DNA from: Candidatus Moraniibacteriota bacterium
GTDB lineage: Bacteria > Patescibacteriota > Minisyncoccia > Moranbacterales > GCA-2747515
Reading direction: 5' to 3'
Assembly: GCA_016699795.1 (NCBI GenBank)
Contig: CP065011.1
Coordinates: forward strand, 883,449-947,448
DNA: 64,000 bases
Of this stretch, positions 49,214 to 59,384 are shown piece by piece. A program made the translations under genes and the position numbers. A model generated the notes under the pieces. It saw only the letters and a program-made list of their open reading frames with translations. It ran no database searches and was not told where the DNA came from. The stretch's first letter is position 1. Each line of letters begins with the position of its first letter.

Positions 49214-49768
49214 TTGTATACTATGGCAAAACAATCACAACATCACGGTAAAGCTTGGTATGTTATCCACACCTATTCTGGATATGAAGATACTGTAGCT
49301 CGTAATCTCACACAACGTATCGAGTCAATGGATATGCAGGATTTTATTTTTGAAGTCATTGTTCCTAAGGAGAAAAAAATTCGTATTAAAAATGGGAAAA
49401 GAACGCTTATAGATGAGCGGATCTATCCTGGTTATGTTTTGGTAAATATGATGGTAACGGATGCTTCTTGGTATGTTGTTCGAAACACTCCTAACGTTAC
49501 AGGATTTATCGGACTTGGAACAACACCAACGCCCGTTAATCCTGAAGAAATACGAACTATCAAAAAACGAATGGGTGTTACTGAGCCGAAATATAGAGTA
49601 GATGTTAATGTGGGAGATGCTATAAAGATTACAGAAGGTCCTTTCAAGGATTTTGATGGAAAGGTACAGGAGGTTGATGAAGAAAAGGGAAAAGTGAAGG
49701 TCTTAGTTTCTATTTTTGGTCGAGAAACTCCAGTAGAATTAGACTTTTTACAAATGAAGAGGGTGTAA
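49214..49768 (+). CDS. nusG: transcription termination/antitermination factor NusG
   Basis: NGN domain (WYVIHTYSGYE) and C-terminal KOW (VGDAIKITEGPFKDFDGKVQEVD). Confidence 0.9.
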   Translation: MYTMAKQSQHHGKAWYVIHTYSGYEDTVARNLTQRIESMDMQDFIFEVIVPKEKKIRIKNGKRTLIDERIYPGYVLVNMMVTDASWYVVRNTPNVTGFIGLGTTPTPVNPEEIRTIKKRMGVTEPKYRVDVNVGDAIKITEGPFKDFDGKVQEVDEEKGKVKVLVSIFGRETPVELDFLQMKRV

Positions 49769-49807
49769 TCTCAAAATAGTTTCTATTAAGTAAATAAGTA
49801 AACGTAT

Positions 49808-50230
49808 ATGGCAAAGTTAAAAACAATTGTTAAATTGCAAATTCAGGGAGGGAAGGCAAATCCAGCTCCTCCAGTAGGTCCAGCTCTTGGACAACATGGG
49901 CTTAATATTCAAGATTTTTGTGCAAAGTTTAATGAACGAACGAAAGATTTAATGGGGGATGTCGTCCCTGTTGAAATTTCAGTTTATGAAGATAGAACAT
50001 TTGAATTTATTTTGAAAACAGCACCTGCTGCAGAACTTTTAAAAAAAGCTGCTAAGGTACAAAAAGGATCAGCTAATCCTTTGAAAAGTAAAGTAGGGAC
50101 GGTTACGAAAGATCAGGTTCGCGCTATTGCTGAAGCGAAAATGGTGGATCTTAATGCAAATGATATCGAGGCTGCTATGAAAATTGTGGAAGGAACAGCT
50201 CGTTCTATGGGAATAAAGGTTCAAGAATAG
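49808..50230 (+). CDS. rplK: 50S ribosomal protein L11
   Basis: 140 aa. The [27 protein letters not shown]-terminal domain is diagnostic. Confidence 0.95.
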   Translation: MAKLKTIVKLQIQGGKANPAPPVGPALGQHGLNIQDFCAKFNERTKDLMGDVVPVEISVYEDRTFEFILKTAPAAELLKKAAKVQKGSANPLKSKVGTVTKDQVRAIAEAKMVDLNANDIEAAMKIVEGTARSMGIKVQE

Positions 50231-50303
50231 AAGATAGGAAGAAGTTTTAATTTTTTATTAAAAAAGTGGGAGAAGAATTTTCTTCGTTTGAACCACAAAA
50301 AGT

Positions 50304-50984
50304 ATGAAAAGAGCAAAAAATTATCGTGCTGTAACTGAAAAACTGGAGGAAAGAAGTTATTCTTTAGAAGAGGCTATTGCATTTCTTATTGAAAATTCAA
50401 AGACTAAATTTGATCAGTCTTTGGAAATGCACCTTCGTTTAAATATTGATCCAAAAAAAGGAGATCAACAAGTTCGCGCAAGTATCGTCCTTCCTCATGG
50501 AACTGGAAAAGAATTGAAAATAGCTGTTATCACAACGACAATGGCTGCTGAAGCAAAGAAATCAGGAGCTGCTATGGTAGGAGGGGAGGAAATGATTGCT
50601 GATATCAAATCAGGAAAGTTTTTTGATGGAAAATATGATGTCGTAGTAGCTACTCCAGAAATGATGCCAAAACTTGCCTCAGTCGCTCGAATACTTGGAC
50701 CAAAAGGTCTTATGCCAAATCCGAAATCAGAAACAGTAACAACAAAGATCGCTCAAGTAGTGGCATCTTTAAAAAAGGGAAAAGTTCAATTTAAAAATGA
50801 TGCAGGATCAAATATTCATCAGTCAGTAGGAAAGTTGTCCATGGGTTCTGCGAAGTTAAAAGAGAATGCGGAAGTATTCTTGGATGCAGTTAAAAAGGCG
50901 AAACCAACGGGAGCAAAAGGAAGATATATCCTTAATATTTCTATGTGTTCAACGATGAGTCCTGGAATTCTTATTCATGAATAA
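50304..50984 (+). CDS. rplA: 50S ribosomal protein L1
   Basis: 226 aa. uL1 blocks (FDQSLEMHLRLNIDPKK, ATPEMMPKLA..ARILGPKGLMPNPK). Confidence 0.9.
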   Translation: MKRAKNYRAVTEKLEERSYSLEEAIAFLIENSKTKFDQSLEMHLRLNIDPKKGDQQVRASIVLPHGTGKELKIAVITTTMAAEAKKSGAAMVGGEEMIADIKSGKFFDGKYDVVVATPEMMPKLASVARILGPKGLMPNPKSETVTTKIAQVVASLKKGKVQFKNDAGSNIHQSVGKLSMGSAKLKENAEVFLDAVKKAKPTGAKGRYILNISMCSTMSPGILIHE

Positions 50985-50996
50985 GAAGAGAAGTTT

Positions 50997-51590
50997 TTGG
51001 TTAATATATTTGAACTTTCCACAATCATGAAACAATTGATTATTGGTTTAGTAGGTGAGAGTGGTGCGGGAAAAGATACAGTCGCTGATCATCTCAAACA
51101 CCGTTATGATGCAACACTTTTGAGATTTTCAGATCCACTTAAGAAAACCCTTTCTATGCTTGTAGAAAGGCCTTCTCGGGAAGATCAAGCATGGCTGGCC
51201 ATTGCTTTGAAAAATCGATTTGGAAAAGACATACTCTTTCGAACACTTGCTCGACAAATGAGCGGTTCGCCAATAGTTTCTCTTAATGGGCTTCGCTATA
51301 TGGAAGATTTGGAATTCTTAAGAAGTTTTGATAAAAGCATCCTTTTATATGTAACTTCTGACCCAAAGCTTCGTTGGGAACGATCCACGAAGCGTGGAGA
51401 GAAATCTGATGATAATAGCTCCTTTGATGAATTTATGCGTATGGAAAATCACTTGGAAACAGAGAAATCTATACCAAGTATCGCAGAGAAGGCTGATTAT
51501 AAAATTCAGAATAACGGAACATTAGAATATCTTTTTGAACAGACAGAAGAAATTATGGAAGGAATTATTAAGAAATATTTCAATAAATAA
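50997..51590 (+). CDS. P-loop nucleotide kinase (T4 gp1-like dNMP kinase family, putative)
   Basis: Walker A IGLVGESGAGKDTVADHL resembles the GxxxSGKDT signature of deoxynucleotide monophosphate kinases. 197 aa from the ORF-track start, or ~187 aa from the alternative start MKQLII. Confidence 0.45.
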   Translation: MVNIFELSTIMKQLIIGLVGESGAGKDTVADHLKHRYDATLLRFSDPLKKTLSMLVERPSREDQAWLAIALKNRFGKDILFRTLARQMSGSPIVSLNGLRYMEDLEFLRSFDKSILLYVTSDPKLRWERSTKRGEKSDDNSSFDEFMRMENHLETEKSIPSIAEKADYKIQNNGTLEYLFEQTEEIMEGIIKKYFNK

Positions 51591-51606
51591 GCAACTTATT
51601 ATAATA

Positions 51607-51921
51607 ATGCGTATGTTAGCAGTGATAAAAACAGGAGGGAAACAATATAGAGTTTCTGAAGGAGATGAGCTTCGAATAGAGAAAATCGATATCGAAGAAG
51701 GAAAAGAAGTTATTTTTGATGAAATACTTCTTATAAGCGATGCTGAAAAAGTTATCGTAGGAGATCCTTTAATTAAAGGGAAAAAAGTTTCAGCAACGGT
51801 TATATCCCAGGGTCGTGATGATAAAGTTTGGGGTATGAAACATAATGCCAAGAAACGATATAAATTGAAATTTGGACACAAACAACCACATACTATTGTA
51901 AAAATTAATTCTATTTCATAA
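51607..51921 (+). CDS. rplU: 50S ribosomal protein L21
   Basis: M(R)MLAVIKTGGKQYRVSEGDELRIEKI matches the bL21 N-terminus. The ORF-track start 51535 overlaps the upstream gene. 51607 or 51613 is more likely. Confidence 0.85.
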   Translation: MRMLAVIKTGGKQYRVSEGDELRIEKIDIEEGKEVIFDEILLISDAEKVIVGDPLIKGKKVSATVISQGRDDKVWGMKHNAKKRYKLKFGHKQPHTIVKINSIS

Positions 51922-52119
51922 AAAGAATTTTTTAAAAACATCTCTTTTAGAAGAGATGTTTTTTTAATGGCTGAAAAAATAGAAAAATAGGAAATATACT
52001 TAATAAAAACCATCATTTATTGAATTTTTAATAATGGGAGAGGTTACTTTTTCAATTCTTTCATTGTTTTTAAAAGTAAAGACGTTTTGTAAAATTTACG
52101 TTATACTATTTACTAGATA

Positions 52120-52818
52120 TTGAAAAATAATGAGAATATGGCGAGTTTTAAAACGCATATAACTTTTGGAATTTCATTGGGCGTTCTTGGTTCTGTATTT
52201 ATGGTAGTTTTGGCTTTGGGAGAAAATATTGATTTTCTTCTGGCTTTATTTATTTTAGCACTATTAGGGTCTATTCTTCCTGATATAGATAGTGATTCAG
52301 GAATTCCTTTCCATCTTACTTTCGGATCCCTTTCGATTATCTCTGGAGTTTTTGTCTTCTTTTTATTATTTGAAAGAAATAGCGAAGATACTCTTATAAA
52401 AAGTATTTTTGGCTCAGTTCTTGTTATGCTTTGTGTTTGGGGAATGATCGGGGGATTTTTTAAAAAACTTACGAAACACAGAGGTATGGTACATTCTATA
52501 CCCGCAGCTTTATTATTTTTTCTTATTACTTTTATTCTTACCTCTAAATATTTTTTTGAAAATAACGAAGCTTTTCTTTTGGGACTAATACTTGGACTTG
52601 GATATGTATCACATTTAATTCTCGATGAAATAAATTCTTTAGTAGATTTCCAGGGAAGACGGCTTATACCTAAACAGTCACTTGGAAGTTCTCTTAAATT
52701 TTTTTCTTCATCAAAATTAATAAATTTTTTAGTATATGCAAGTATTTTTCTTTTATTTTTTCCTCACAAAGAAGATTTTAAAGATCTTGCTATGAACATC
52801 CTTTCAAAAATAGAATAA
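52120..52818 (+). CDS. membrane-bound metal-dependent hydrolase (DUF457/YdjM-like)
   Basis: 232 aa. Polytopic protein with MASFKTHITFGISLG start and His/Asp positions typical of the family. Confidence 0.5.
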   Translation: MKNNENMASFKTHITFGISLGVLGSVFMVVLALGENIDFLLALFILALLGSILPDIDSDSGIPFHLTFGSLSIISGVFVFFLLFERNSEDTLIKSIFGSVLVMLCVWGMIGGFFKKLTKHRGMVHSIPAALLFFLITFILTSKYFFENNEAFLLGLILGLGYVSHLILDEINSLVDFQGRRLIPKQSLGSSLKFFSSSKLINFLVYASIFLLFFPHKEDFKDLAMNILSKIE

Positions 52819-52928
52819 GTCTAAAAAATAATCGAAAACATAAAAACTTATTTTTTATTGGAAAGAAAAAATAAAAAGAATAACATGCCTCAAAAAAAGG
52901 AATGCATCTTCTTTATGAAAGGAAAATA

Positions 52929-53165
52929 TTATTTGTTTTGAGCTTGGATTATTAATTTGGGATCGACGCAGTCGAAATCACATTTGGCATTTTCTGTTCC
53001 TTGTTTGATATATTCATTTTTACAATTATCGATTTTTTGAAGGCATTTTTCTTTACTTTCACTAAAGTAATCTTTATTTATTTCGTAACCAAAATAATTG
53101 AGTACAAATCCTCCAACGACTATAAATCCTACAATCCAAATTATCATTTTTATAAGACCAATCAT
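52929..53165 (-). CDS. small membrane-anchored Cys-rich protein
   Basis: 78 aa. N-terminal TM helix and four Cys in the tail. Confidence 0.35.
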   Translation of the reverse strand: MIGLIKMIIWIVGFIVVGGFVLNYFGYEINKDYFSESKEKCLQKIDNCKNEYIKQGTENAKCDFDCVDPKLIIQAQNK

Positions 53166-53225
53166 AAAGATTTTTTTAATTATATTATTTTTTTTGATTT
53201 CAAACTCTTTTAAATCGTTTTCTAA

Positions 53226-54509
53226 TTAACGTCCAATTCCTTTGTAGAGTACGGAACTTTTTTCGAAACTTTCTTTTTTAAGACAGTTTTTTCCATCTAC
53301 AACAACGAGGATATTGTTTTTCTCGAAATCTTTGGCGGTGAGTTTTGTGAAAGCGCTATGATTGGTTGCTACGACAACTGCCTTGGCTTTTTTGAGAATA
53401 TCATTGAGAGATTTTTCCGTTGAATTTTCAGGAAGATAGGGATCAAAAGTAAGTACATTCGCTTTGTGTTTTTTGAGAGCATCTACAATTTTGAAAGAGG
53501 GTGATTCTCGTTTATCCCCAACATTAGCTTTGTATGCCATACCAAGAATGGCGATGGGGGTTCCGTTGAGGGGCATTTTCTTTTCATTGAGAAGGTCCTG
53601 GAGAATTTCGACGGTATATTCTGGCATGGAATTATTTATTTCTCGAGCAAGTTTGAGGAATTTGTGATCAAAGCCACTTTGTTTAGCGCGCTCAATGAGA
53701 TAATAAGGATCGACAGGGATACAATGGCCACCAACTCCGCAACTAGGCCAATGAGGCATAAAAGCAAAGGGTTTAGTAGCGGCTCCATTTATGACATCTA
53801 CTACATCAATTCCGAGTTTGGTAAAAGATTTTGCTAATTCATTTACGAAGGCAATATTAATATCGCGGAAAGAATTTTCCATAATCTTCGTAGCTTCGGC
53901 CTCTCGTATGGATTGCATGGGACGAACGGGTGCATCAAGGATGCTTTCATAAAAAGCAATAGTTTGATCACGACCTTTTTTTGTAAATGATCCTGCAACT
54001 CTAGGAATATTGGAAACATTCCATTTTGGATCTCCTGGATTAATTCGTTCTGGACAATGAGAGAGTTCATAATGTTTTCCCACTTCGAACCCTGCCTCTT
54101 TAAAGAGAGGCTCAACAACTTCTTCACATACTCCGGGATTGATAGTTGATTCTATAACAACAAGCGTTTTTTTCTTGGGATTGAGATTTTCTACGATAGA
54201 TCGAACAGCACTTCGTACGGGCTCTAAATCTGGTTGATATAGTTTATCGACGGGTGTAGGAACACAAACGAGAATAATATTCGATTCATGAATAACAGAA
54301 GCATTTGTCGTGGCTGTTATTTGACCAGCTTTGAAATGTTTTTCAAGAAATTCATCAGCAAGAAAATTTTCTCCAGCATTTACTTTTTCAACTTTTTTTT
54401 GGGTCTTTTCGAGTCCAAAAACTTTATATTTCTTTTTGGCGCTAAGCACTGCCAAAGGAAGTCCTACATAACCAAGACCAATAACCGTAACTGTTTGTTG
54501 TTCTTTCAT
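53226..54509 (-). CDS. nucleotide-sugar dehydrogenase (UDP-glucose/GDP-mannose dehydrogenase family)
   Basis: 427 aa. N-terminal NAD motif VTVIGLGYVGLPLAV, a catalytic Cys region and a C-terminal UDP-binding domain. Confidence 0.85.
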   Translation of the reverse strand: MKEQQTVTVIGLGYVGLPLAVLSAKKKYKVFGLEKTQKKVEKVNAGENFLADEFLEKHFKAGQITATTNASVIHESNIILVCVPTPVDKLYQPDLEPVRSAVRSIVENLNPKKKTLVVIESTINPGVCEEVVEPLFKEAGFEVGKHYELSHCPERINPGDPKWNVSNIPRVAGSFTKKGRDQTIAFYESILDAPVRPMQSIREAEATKIMENSFRDINIAFVNELAKSFTKLGIDVVDVINGAATKPFAFMPHWPSCGVGGHCIPVDPYYLIERAKQSGFDHKFLKLAREINNSMPEYTVEILQDLLNEKKMPLNGTPIAILGMAYKANVGDKRESPSFKIVDALKKHKANVLTFDPYLPENSTEKSLNDILKKAKAVVVATNHSAFTKLTAKDFEKNNILVVVDGKNCLKKESFEKSSVLYKGIGR

Positions 54510-54768
54510 ATAAGGTATTTATCACTTATTTCTTTTTCATTGTAAGAGAAACTTTATAAAATTGCAAAAAAGATCGAATAATTAAAGATTGAAAATGAAG
54601 GACATTATGGAATAAAGAATATTTCTTAATGTATTCTGATTTAAAAAATAGATTTATTTTGAAGTAAAATTTTATAAAATGAAATTCTTCAGTAAAGAGC
54701 TTCTTTTTATTGAAAAAATATGATGTATTGATCTTTTTTGTTTTTTGTGTCATAAAAGAGAGATGTCT

Positions 54769-57615
54769 ATGAATAAAATTATACGAGTTCGAGGAGCAAA
54801 AGAACATAATCTAAAGAATATCAATGTAGATATTCCTAAGGATTCTTTAGTTGTGTTTTCTGGTCTTTCTGGATCTGGAAAATCAACACTTGCAATGGAT
54901 ACGATTTTTGCTGAGGGACAGAGGCGTTATCTGGAATCTCTTTCGAGCTACGCGAGACAATTTCTTGGGAAAATGGAAAAACCTGATGTGGATAGTATCG
55001 AAGGACTTTCCCCAACTATTGCTATTGAACAAAAATCTATTTCACATAATCCTCGTTCTACAGTGGGAACTATTACGGAAATTCATGATTATTTGCGTCT
55101 TTTGTATGCAAAAATTGGTATAATGCATTGTCCAGAATGTGGTACGGAAATTCGTTCAACTCCTTTGGACTCTATTGTTGAAAGGGTTTTTGACATTGCA
55201 GAACAGAAAGAAATTCGAATATTTTCTCCTATTGTTCGTGAGCGGAAAGGGGAATATGAAACGCTTTTAGAAGAGCTCGCTAAAAAAGGATATTGGAAAG
55301 CAGAAATAGATGGAGAAATTCTTGAACGCTATAGCTGGCGTAGTGTTAAGCTTGAACGGTATAAAGCACATTCTATTTCTGTAGAAATTGATACGGTCAT
55401 GGCTTCAGAAGAAAATTTTTCGCGAGTTTTTGAGGGAGTAGAGCGAGCATTGGCTCTTTCTAAAGGCTTAGTGGAAATTCGTTTTAAGAAAGGAAAACAA
55501 GAGAAAAAAACATTATTCCACCAATCACTTTCATGTCCGGATCATAAATTAGATCTTCCTGAAATTGAGCCAAGACTTTTTTCTTTTAATACTCCATTTG
55601 GAGCCTGTGAAGCCTGTGAAGGACTTGGTGTGAAACAAGATGTAGATGCAGATCTTGTCGTTGCAGATGAAAATAAAACCATTGCCCAAGGAGCGCTTCT
55701 TCCATGGAGTTATAAGCGAAATAACTATTATGGTACGGTTCTTTCTGCTGTGTGTGAATATTATCATATTTCAGATCATCGTCGATTCAGGGATCTTGAG
55801 GAAAAACAAAAAAAGATTCTTCTTTATGGTGATGATGAGTATGATCAAATAGAAGTATCTCATCATGCAAGATCTGGGCGTATAACATTTATGATGAAAT
55901 GGAAGGGTGTTGTAGGATGGCTTCGAGATAGATATAAAAAAACAACTTCAGAATCGATTCAACATGACATTGAAAAATACATGTCCCAGCAGGCATGTTC
56001 TGTATGTGAAGGGTCACGTTATCGTCGAGAAAGCTTATTAGCAACCGTTGGAGGAAAAAATATTTCTGTAGTTTCTGGTTTAGATATTCGAAGTGCAAGA
56101 ATTTTTTTTCAAAAACTCCAACTTTCTAAAAGCGAAGAACTTATAGCTAAAAGAATTTTAGAAGAAATTTTAAATCGTCTAACATTCCTTATTGATGTTG
56201 GTTTGGATTATCTTACTTTGGATCGAAGTGGAAATACACTTTCTGGAGGAGAAGCTCAACGTATACGATTGGCTTCCCAATTAGGATCTAAACTTACGGG
56301 GGTTTTGTATATTCTCGACGAACCTTCTATAGGACTTCATGCAAGAGATAATACTCGACTTCTTAATACACTCAAATCTCTTCGTGATATTGGAAATTCC
56401 GTATTAGTCATTGAACATGATGAAGAGACTATACGTTCAGCCGATTGGGTTATTGATGTCGGACCTTTTGCTGGAAAGAACGGTGGAGAAATTATATATT
56501 CTGGTAAAGCTGAAGGTCTTCTTGATTGCAAAAAATCTCTTACAGGAGAATATCTTTCTGGCAAGCGTTCCATCGTTCTTCCTGAAAGTAGACGAAGTAT
56601 AAAAAAGAAAAAAAGTATTATACTCAAAAATGCTGTCTCTCATAATCTTAAAGGAGTTACCGTAGAATTTCCTTTGGGTGTATTTACTTGTGTTACTGGA
56701 GTTTCCGGATCAGGGAAATCAACATTAGTAGAAGAAACATTGTATCGAGGATTGGCTCATAAATTACAAGGGAAGCTAGATATTCCAGGGAAACATCAAG
56801 AAATTGTTGGTTCGGAACATATTTCTAGAGTTCTTCTTATTGATCAATCTCCTATAGGTCGTACACCCCGATCTAATCCTGCTACGTATACAGGAATGTT
56901 TACTTTTATTCGAACGCTGTTTGCCTCTACTCCTGATGCAAGGTCAAGAGGATATAATCCAGGGAGATTTTCGTTTAATATTCCTGGTGGGCGATGTGAT
57001 AATTGTTCGGGAGAAGGATTTTTGAAAATAGAGATGCAATTTTTACCTGATGTGTATCTTCCTTGTGATGTTTGTCGGGGAAAACGTTATAATCGAGAAA
57101 CATTAGAGGTTGAATACAAAGGGAAAAATATAGCTCAAATTTTGGAAATGACCGTTTCTGAGGCGAAAAGTTTTTTTTATGCTTATCCGACTGTAGCTCA
57201 GACACTAATTCTTTTGGAGGAAGTGGGTCTTGGTTATATTGAATTAGGGCAAAATGCAACAACGCTTTCAGGAGGGGAAGCTCAACGAATAAAACTTGCA
57301 GCAGAACTTTCGAGTCGACGAAGAAATCAGACGATGTATATTCTCGATGAACCTACGACGGGCCTTCATTTTGAAGATATCCGGAAACTTTTGGATGTAT
57401 TGAATCGTTTAGTTGACCAAGGGAACACCGTAGTTGTTATCGAGCATAATATGGATGTTATCAAATGCGCTGATTATCTTATTGATTTGGGGCCAGAAGG
57501 GGGAGAGAATGGAGGAAAAATTCTTGTAACAGGAACTCCAGAAGAAGTAAGTAAATATTACAAAGAAAGCTCAACTGCCAAGTACCTTAAACCGTATTTA
57601 AAACGTTCTTCATAA
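54769..57615 (+). CDS. uvrA: excinuclease ABC subunit A
   Basis: Two ABC modules (GLSGSGKST, GVSGSGKST, two LSGGEAQR signatures) and Zn-finger Cys clusters. Start at MNKIIRVRGAKEHNLKNI (54769) rather than the ORF-track 54745. Confidence 0.95.
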   Translation: MNKIIRVRGAKEHNLKNINVDIPKDSLVVFSGLSGSGKSTLAMDTIFAEGQRRYLESLSSYARQFLGKMEKPDVDSIEGLSPTIAIEQKSISHNPRSTVGTITEIHDYLRLLYAKIGIMHCPECGTEIRSTPLDSIVERVFDIAEQKEIRIFSPIVRERKGEYETLLEELAKKGYWKAEIDGEILERYSWRSVKLERYKAHSISVEIDTVMASEENFSRVFEGVERALALSKGLVEIRFKKGKQEKKTLFHQSLSCPDHKLDLPEIEPRLFSFNTPFGACEACEGLGVKQDVDADLVVADENKTIAQGALLPWSYKRNNYYGTVLSAVCEYYHISDHRRFRDLEEKQKKILLYGDDEYDQIEVSHHARSGRITFMMKWKGVVGWLRDRYKKTTSESIQHDIEKYMSQQACSVCEGSRYRRESLLATVGGKNISVVSGLDIRSARIFFQKLQLSKSEELIAKRILEEILNRLTFLIDVGLDYLTLDRSGNTLSGGEAQRIRLASQLGSKLTGVLYILDEPSIGLHARDNTRLLNTLKSLRDIGNSVLVIEHDEETIRSADWVIDVGPFAGKNGGEIIYSGKAEGLLDCKKSLTGEYLSGKRSIVLPESRRSIKKKKSIILKNAVSHNLKGVTVEFPLGVFTCVTGVSGSGKSTLVEETLYRGLAHKLQGKLDIPGKHQEIVGSEHISRVLLIDQSPIGRTPRSNPATYTGMFTFIRTLFASTPDARSRGYNPGRFSFNIPGGRCDNCSGEGFLKIEMQFLPDVYLPCDVCRGKRYNRETLEVEYKGKNIAQILEMTVSEAKSFFYAYPTVAQTLILLEEVGLGYIELGQNATTLSGGEAQRIKLAAELSSRRRNQTMYILDEPTTGLHFEDIRKLLDVLNRLVDQGNTVVVIEHNMDVIKCADYLIDLGPEGGENGGKILVTGTPEEVSKYYKESSTAKYLKPYLKRSS

Positions 57616-57718
57616 AATTAAAGAAAAGACCAAAGACAAAAGATGTTATTTCTTGTGGAATAATTTTTTGTTTGGTCTTAGGGAAAAGGAAAAATTTCCT
57701 TATAATAAAGAGAATTTT

Positions 57719-57952
57719 TTAATGTTTCTTATACTCTTTAAAGACAAAATTTGCTTGTTCTATTAAATGAGAAACGTGCCAAGGGTAAGGGTTTCGACTC
57801 TTCCACTCAGTCTCTTTTATGAAGGTATAAGGTATGCCGTGTTGCCAGGCATACTCGGCAGTATTTGCTTCATTTTGGAATCCATTCCAACGTAAAGAGT
57901 CAAGTGCTTGCTCTTGTATATTGGCAAGAAAAGAATGAGAATGAATGTTCAT
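57719..57952 (-). CDS. hypothetical protein
   Basis: 77-aa ORF convergent with uvrA. No motif recognised. Confidence 0.35.
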   Translation of the reverse strand: MNIHSHSFLANIQEQALDSLRWNGFQNEANTAEYAWQHGIPYTFIKETEWKSRNPYPWHVSHLIEQANFVFKEYKKH

Positions 57953-58028
57953 GGCTTTTTCCTCCTTTTTAGAGCAAATAGTGAGTGATAAGAAAGGAGT
58001 TCTTAAAGAACTAATACTTCTCTAGTAT

Positions 58029-59342
58029 ATGAAAATTTTTGATTTTGTGCAAAATGAAATTATTCTCTCAGAAAGGAATAAACTCCCAAAATCGCCGGGA
58101 GTCTATATTTTTCGTGGAAGTAAAAAAGAGGTTTTATATGTAGGCAAAGCTACTAATCTTCGATCTCGAGTTTCTCAATATTTTACAGGCCGTGATAGTC
58201 GGGGAGAGAGGATTCGTATTATGGTAGAGAAGTCACAAAGTCTTGCCTATATTCCGACAGAAACTGTTTTAGAAGCAGTAATATTGGAAGCGAATGGTAT
58301 AAAAAAGTATCAACCAAAATATAATGTGGAACTCAGGGATGATAAAAGCTTTTCTTTTATTGTTGTAACACGTGAAGAATTTCCACGTTTTGTATTTGTA
58401 AGAGAACGGGATCTGATGAAATATAATCTCTCGGGGAATAGAATTTTGTCTAAAGAAAAAGAAATATCCCCATTTTCTCGAGTATACGGGCCATACACTT
58501 CCAAAAAACAGGCGGAATTAGTGATGAAAGTATTAAGAAAAATATTTCCTTTCCATTCTCTTTCTGGGCATTCAGAAAAGGGTTGTTTGCATTTTCAAAT
58601 AGGTTTATGTCCAGGTCCATACGAGGGGATAATATCTCGAAAAGCATACCTTTCCCATATTCGCAATATCGAATACGTCCTTAAAGGACAAAAAAAAAGA
58701 CTTTTGGTAACATTAGAAAGAGAGATGAATATTCTTTCTAAAAATGGTAAATATGAAGAAGCTCTTAAAAAGAGAGATGAAATTTTTGCTATAACTCATA
58801 TACGAGATGTTGCTTTTCTTACGAAAGAGAGTGGTTTATTTTCACAAAAAGAAGATGAATTTTCTTCGAAGGAACGTTTTCGTCTTGAAGCATATGATAT
58901 TTCTCATATTTCAGGAGAGCATCCCGTAGCATCTCTCGTTGTTTTTGAAGGAACAACTCCCAAAAAGGATTCTTACAAAAAATTTCATATAAAGTCTGTT
59001 GAGGGTGTGGATGATTTTTCTATGATGAGAGAAGTTTTAGCTAGACGTGTTCGTCATGAAGAATGGATTCGTCCAGATGCTATTGTTTTAGATGGAGGTA
59101 TCGGACATCTTCATATGGCCGAGGAACTTTGGAAAGTTTTGGGTGAAGATATCCCACTTCTTTCTGTAGCAAAAGGTCCAACAAGAAAAAAAGTTGATAT
59201 TTATCCTTCAGAAATTTTCCCTCCAAATAAAAAAATAATAGAGAAAAGACTTTTGGAAATAATAAGAGAGGAGGCCCATCGTTTTGCCATAACCTTTCAT
59301 CGAAAAACAAGATCCCGCGCTTTATTAACAAAGAAAAAATAA
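58029..59342 (+). CDS. uvrC: excinuclease ABC subunit C, short form lacking C-terminal HhH domain
   Basis: GIY-YIG (GVYIFRGSKKEVLYVGKATNLRSRVSQY), UVR motif (YEEALKKRDEI) and RNase H-like endonuclease domain (EAYDISHISGEHPVASLVVF). The protein ends right after the ...HRKTR block, where full-length UvrC continues into (HhH)2. Confidence 0.8.
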   Translation: MKIFDFVQNEIILSERNKLPKSPGVYIFRGSKKEVLYVGKATNLRSRVSQYFTGRDSRGERIRIMVEKSQSLAYIPTETVLEAVILEANGIKKYQPKYNVELRDDKSFSFIVVTREEFPRFVFVRERDLMKYNLSGNRILSKEKEISPFSRVYGPYTSKKQAELVMKVLRKIFPFHSLSGHSEKGCLHFQIGLCPGPYEGIISRKAYLSHIRNIEYVLKGQKKRLLVTLEREMNILSKNGKYEEALKKRDEIFAITHIRDVAFLTKESGLFSQKEDEFSSKERFRLEAYDISHISGEHPVASLVVFEGTTPKKDSYKKFHIKSVEGVDDFSMMREVLARRVRHEEWIRPDAIVLDGGIGHLHMAEELWKVLGEDIPLLSVAKGPTRKKVDIYPSEIFPPNKKIIEKRLLEIIREEAHRFAITFHRKTRSRALLTKKK

Positions 59343-59384
59343 AGATAAAATAAAAATATTTTTTGTGGTATACTTCATTATGGT

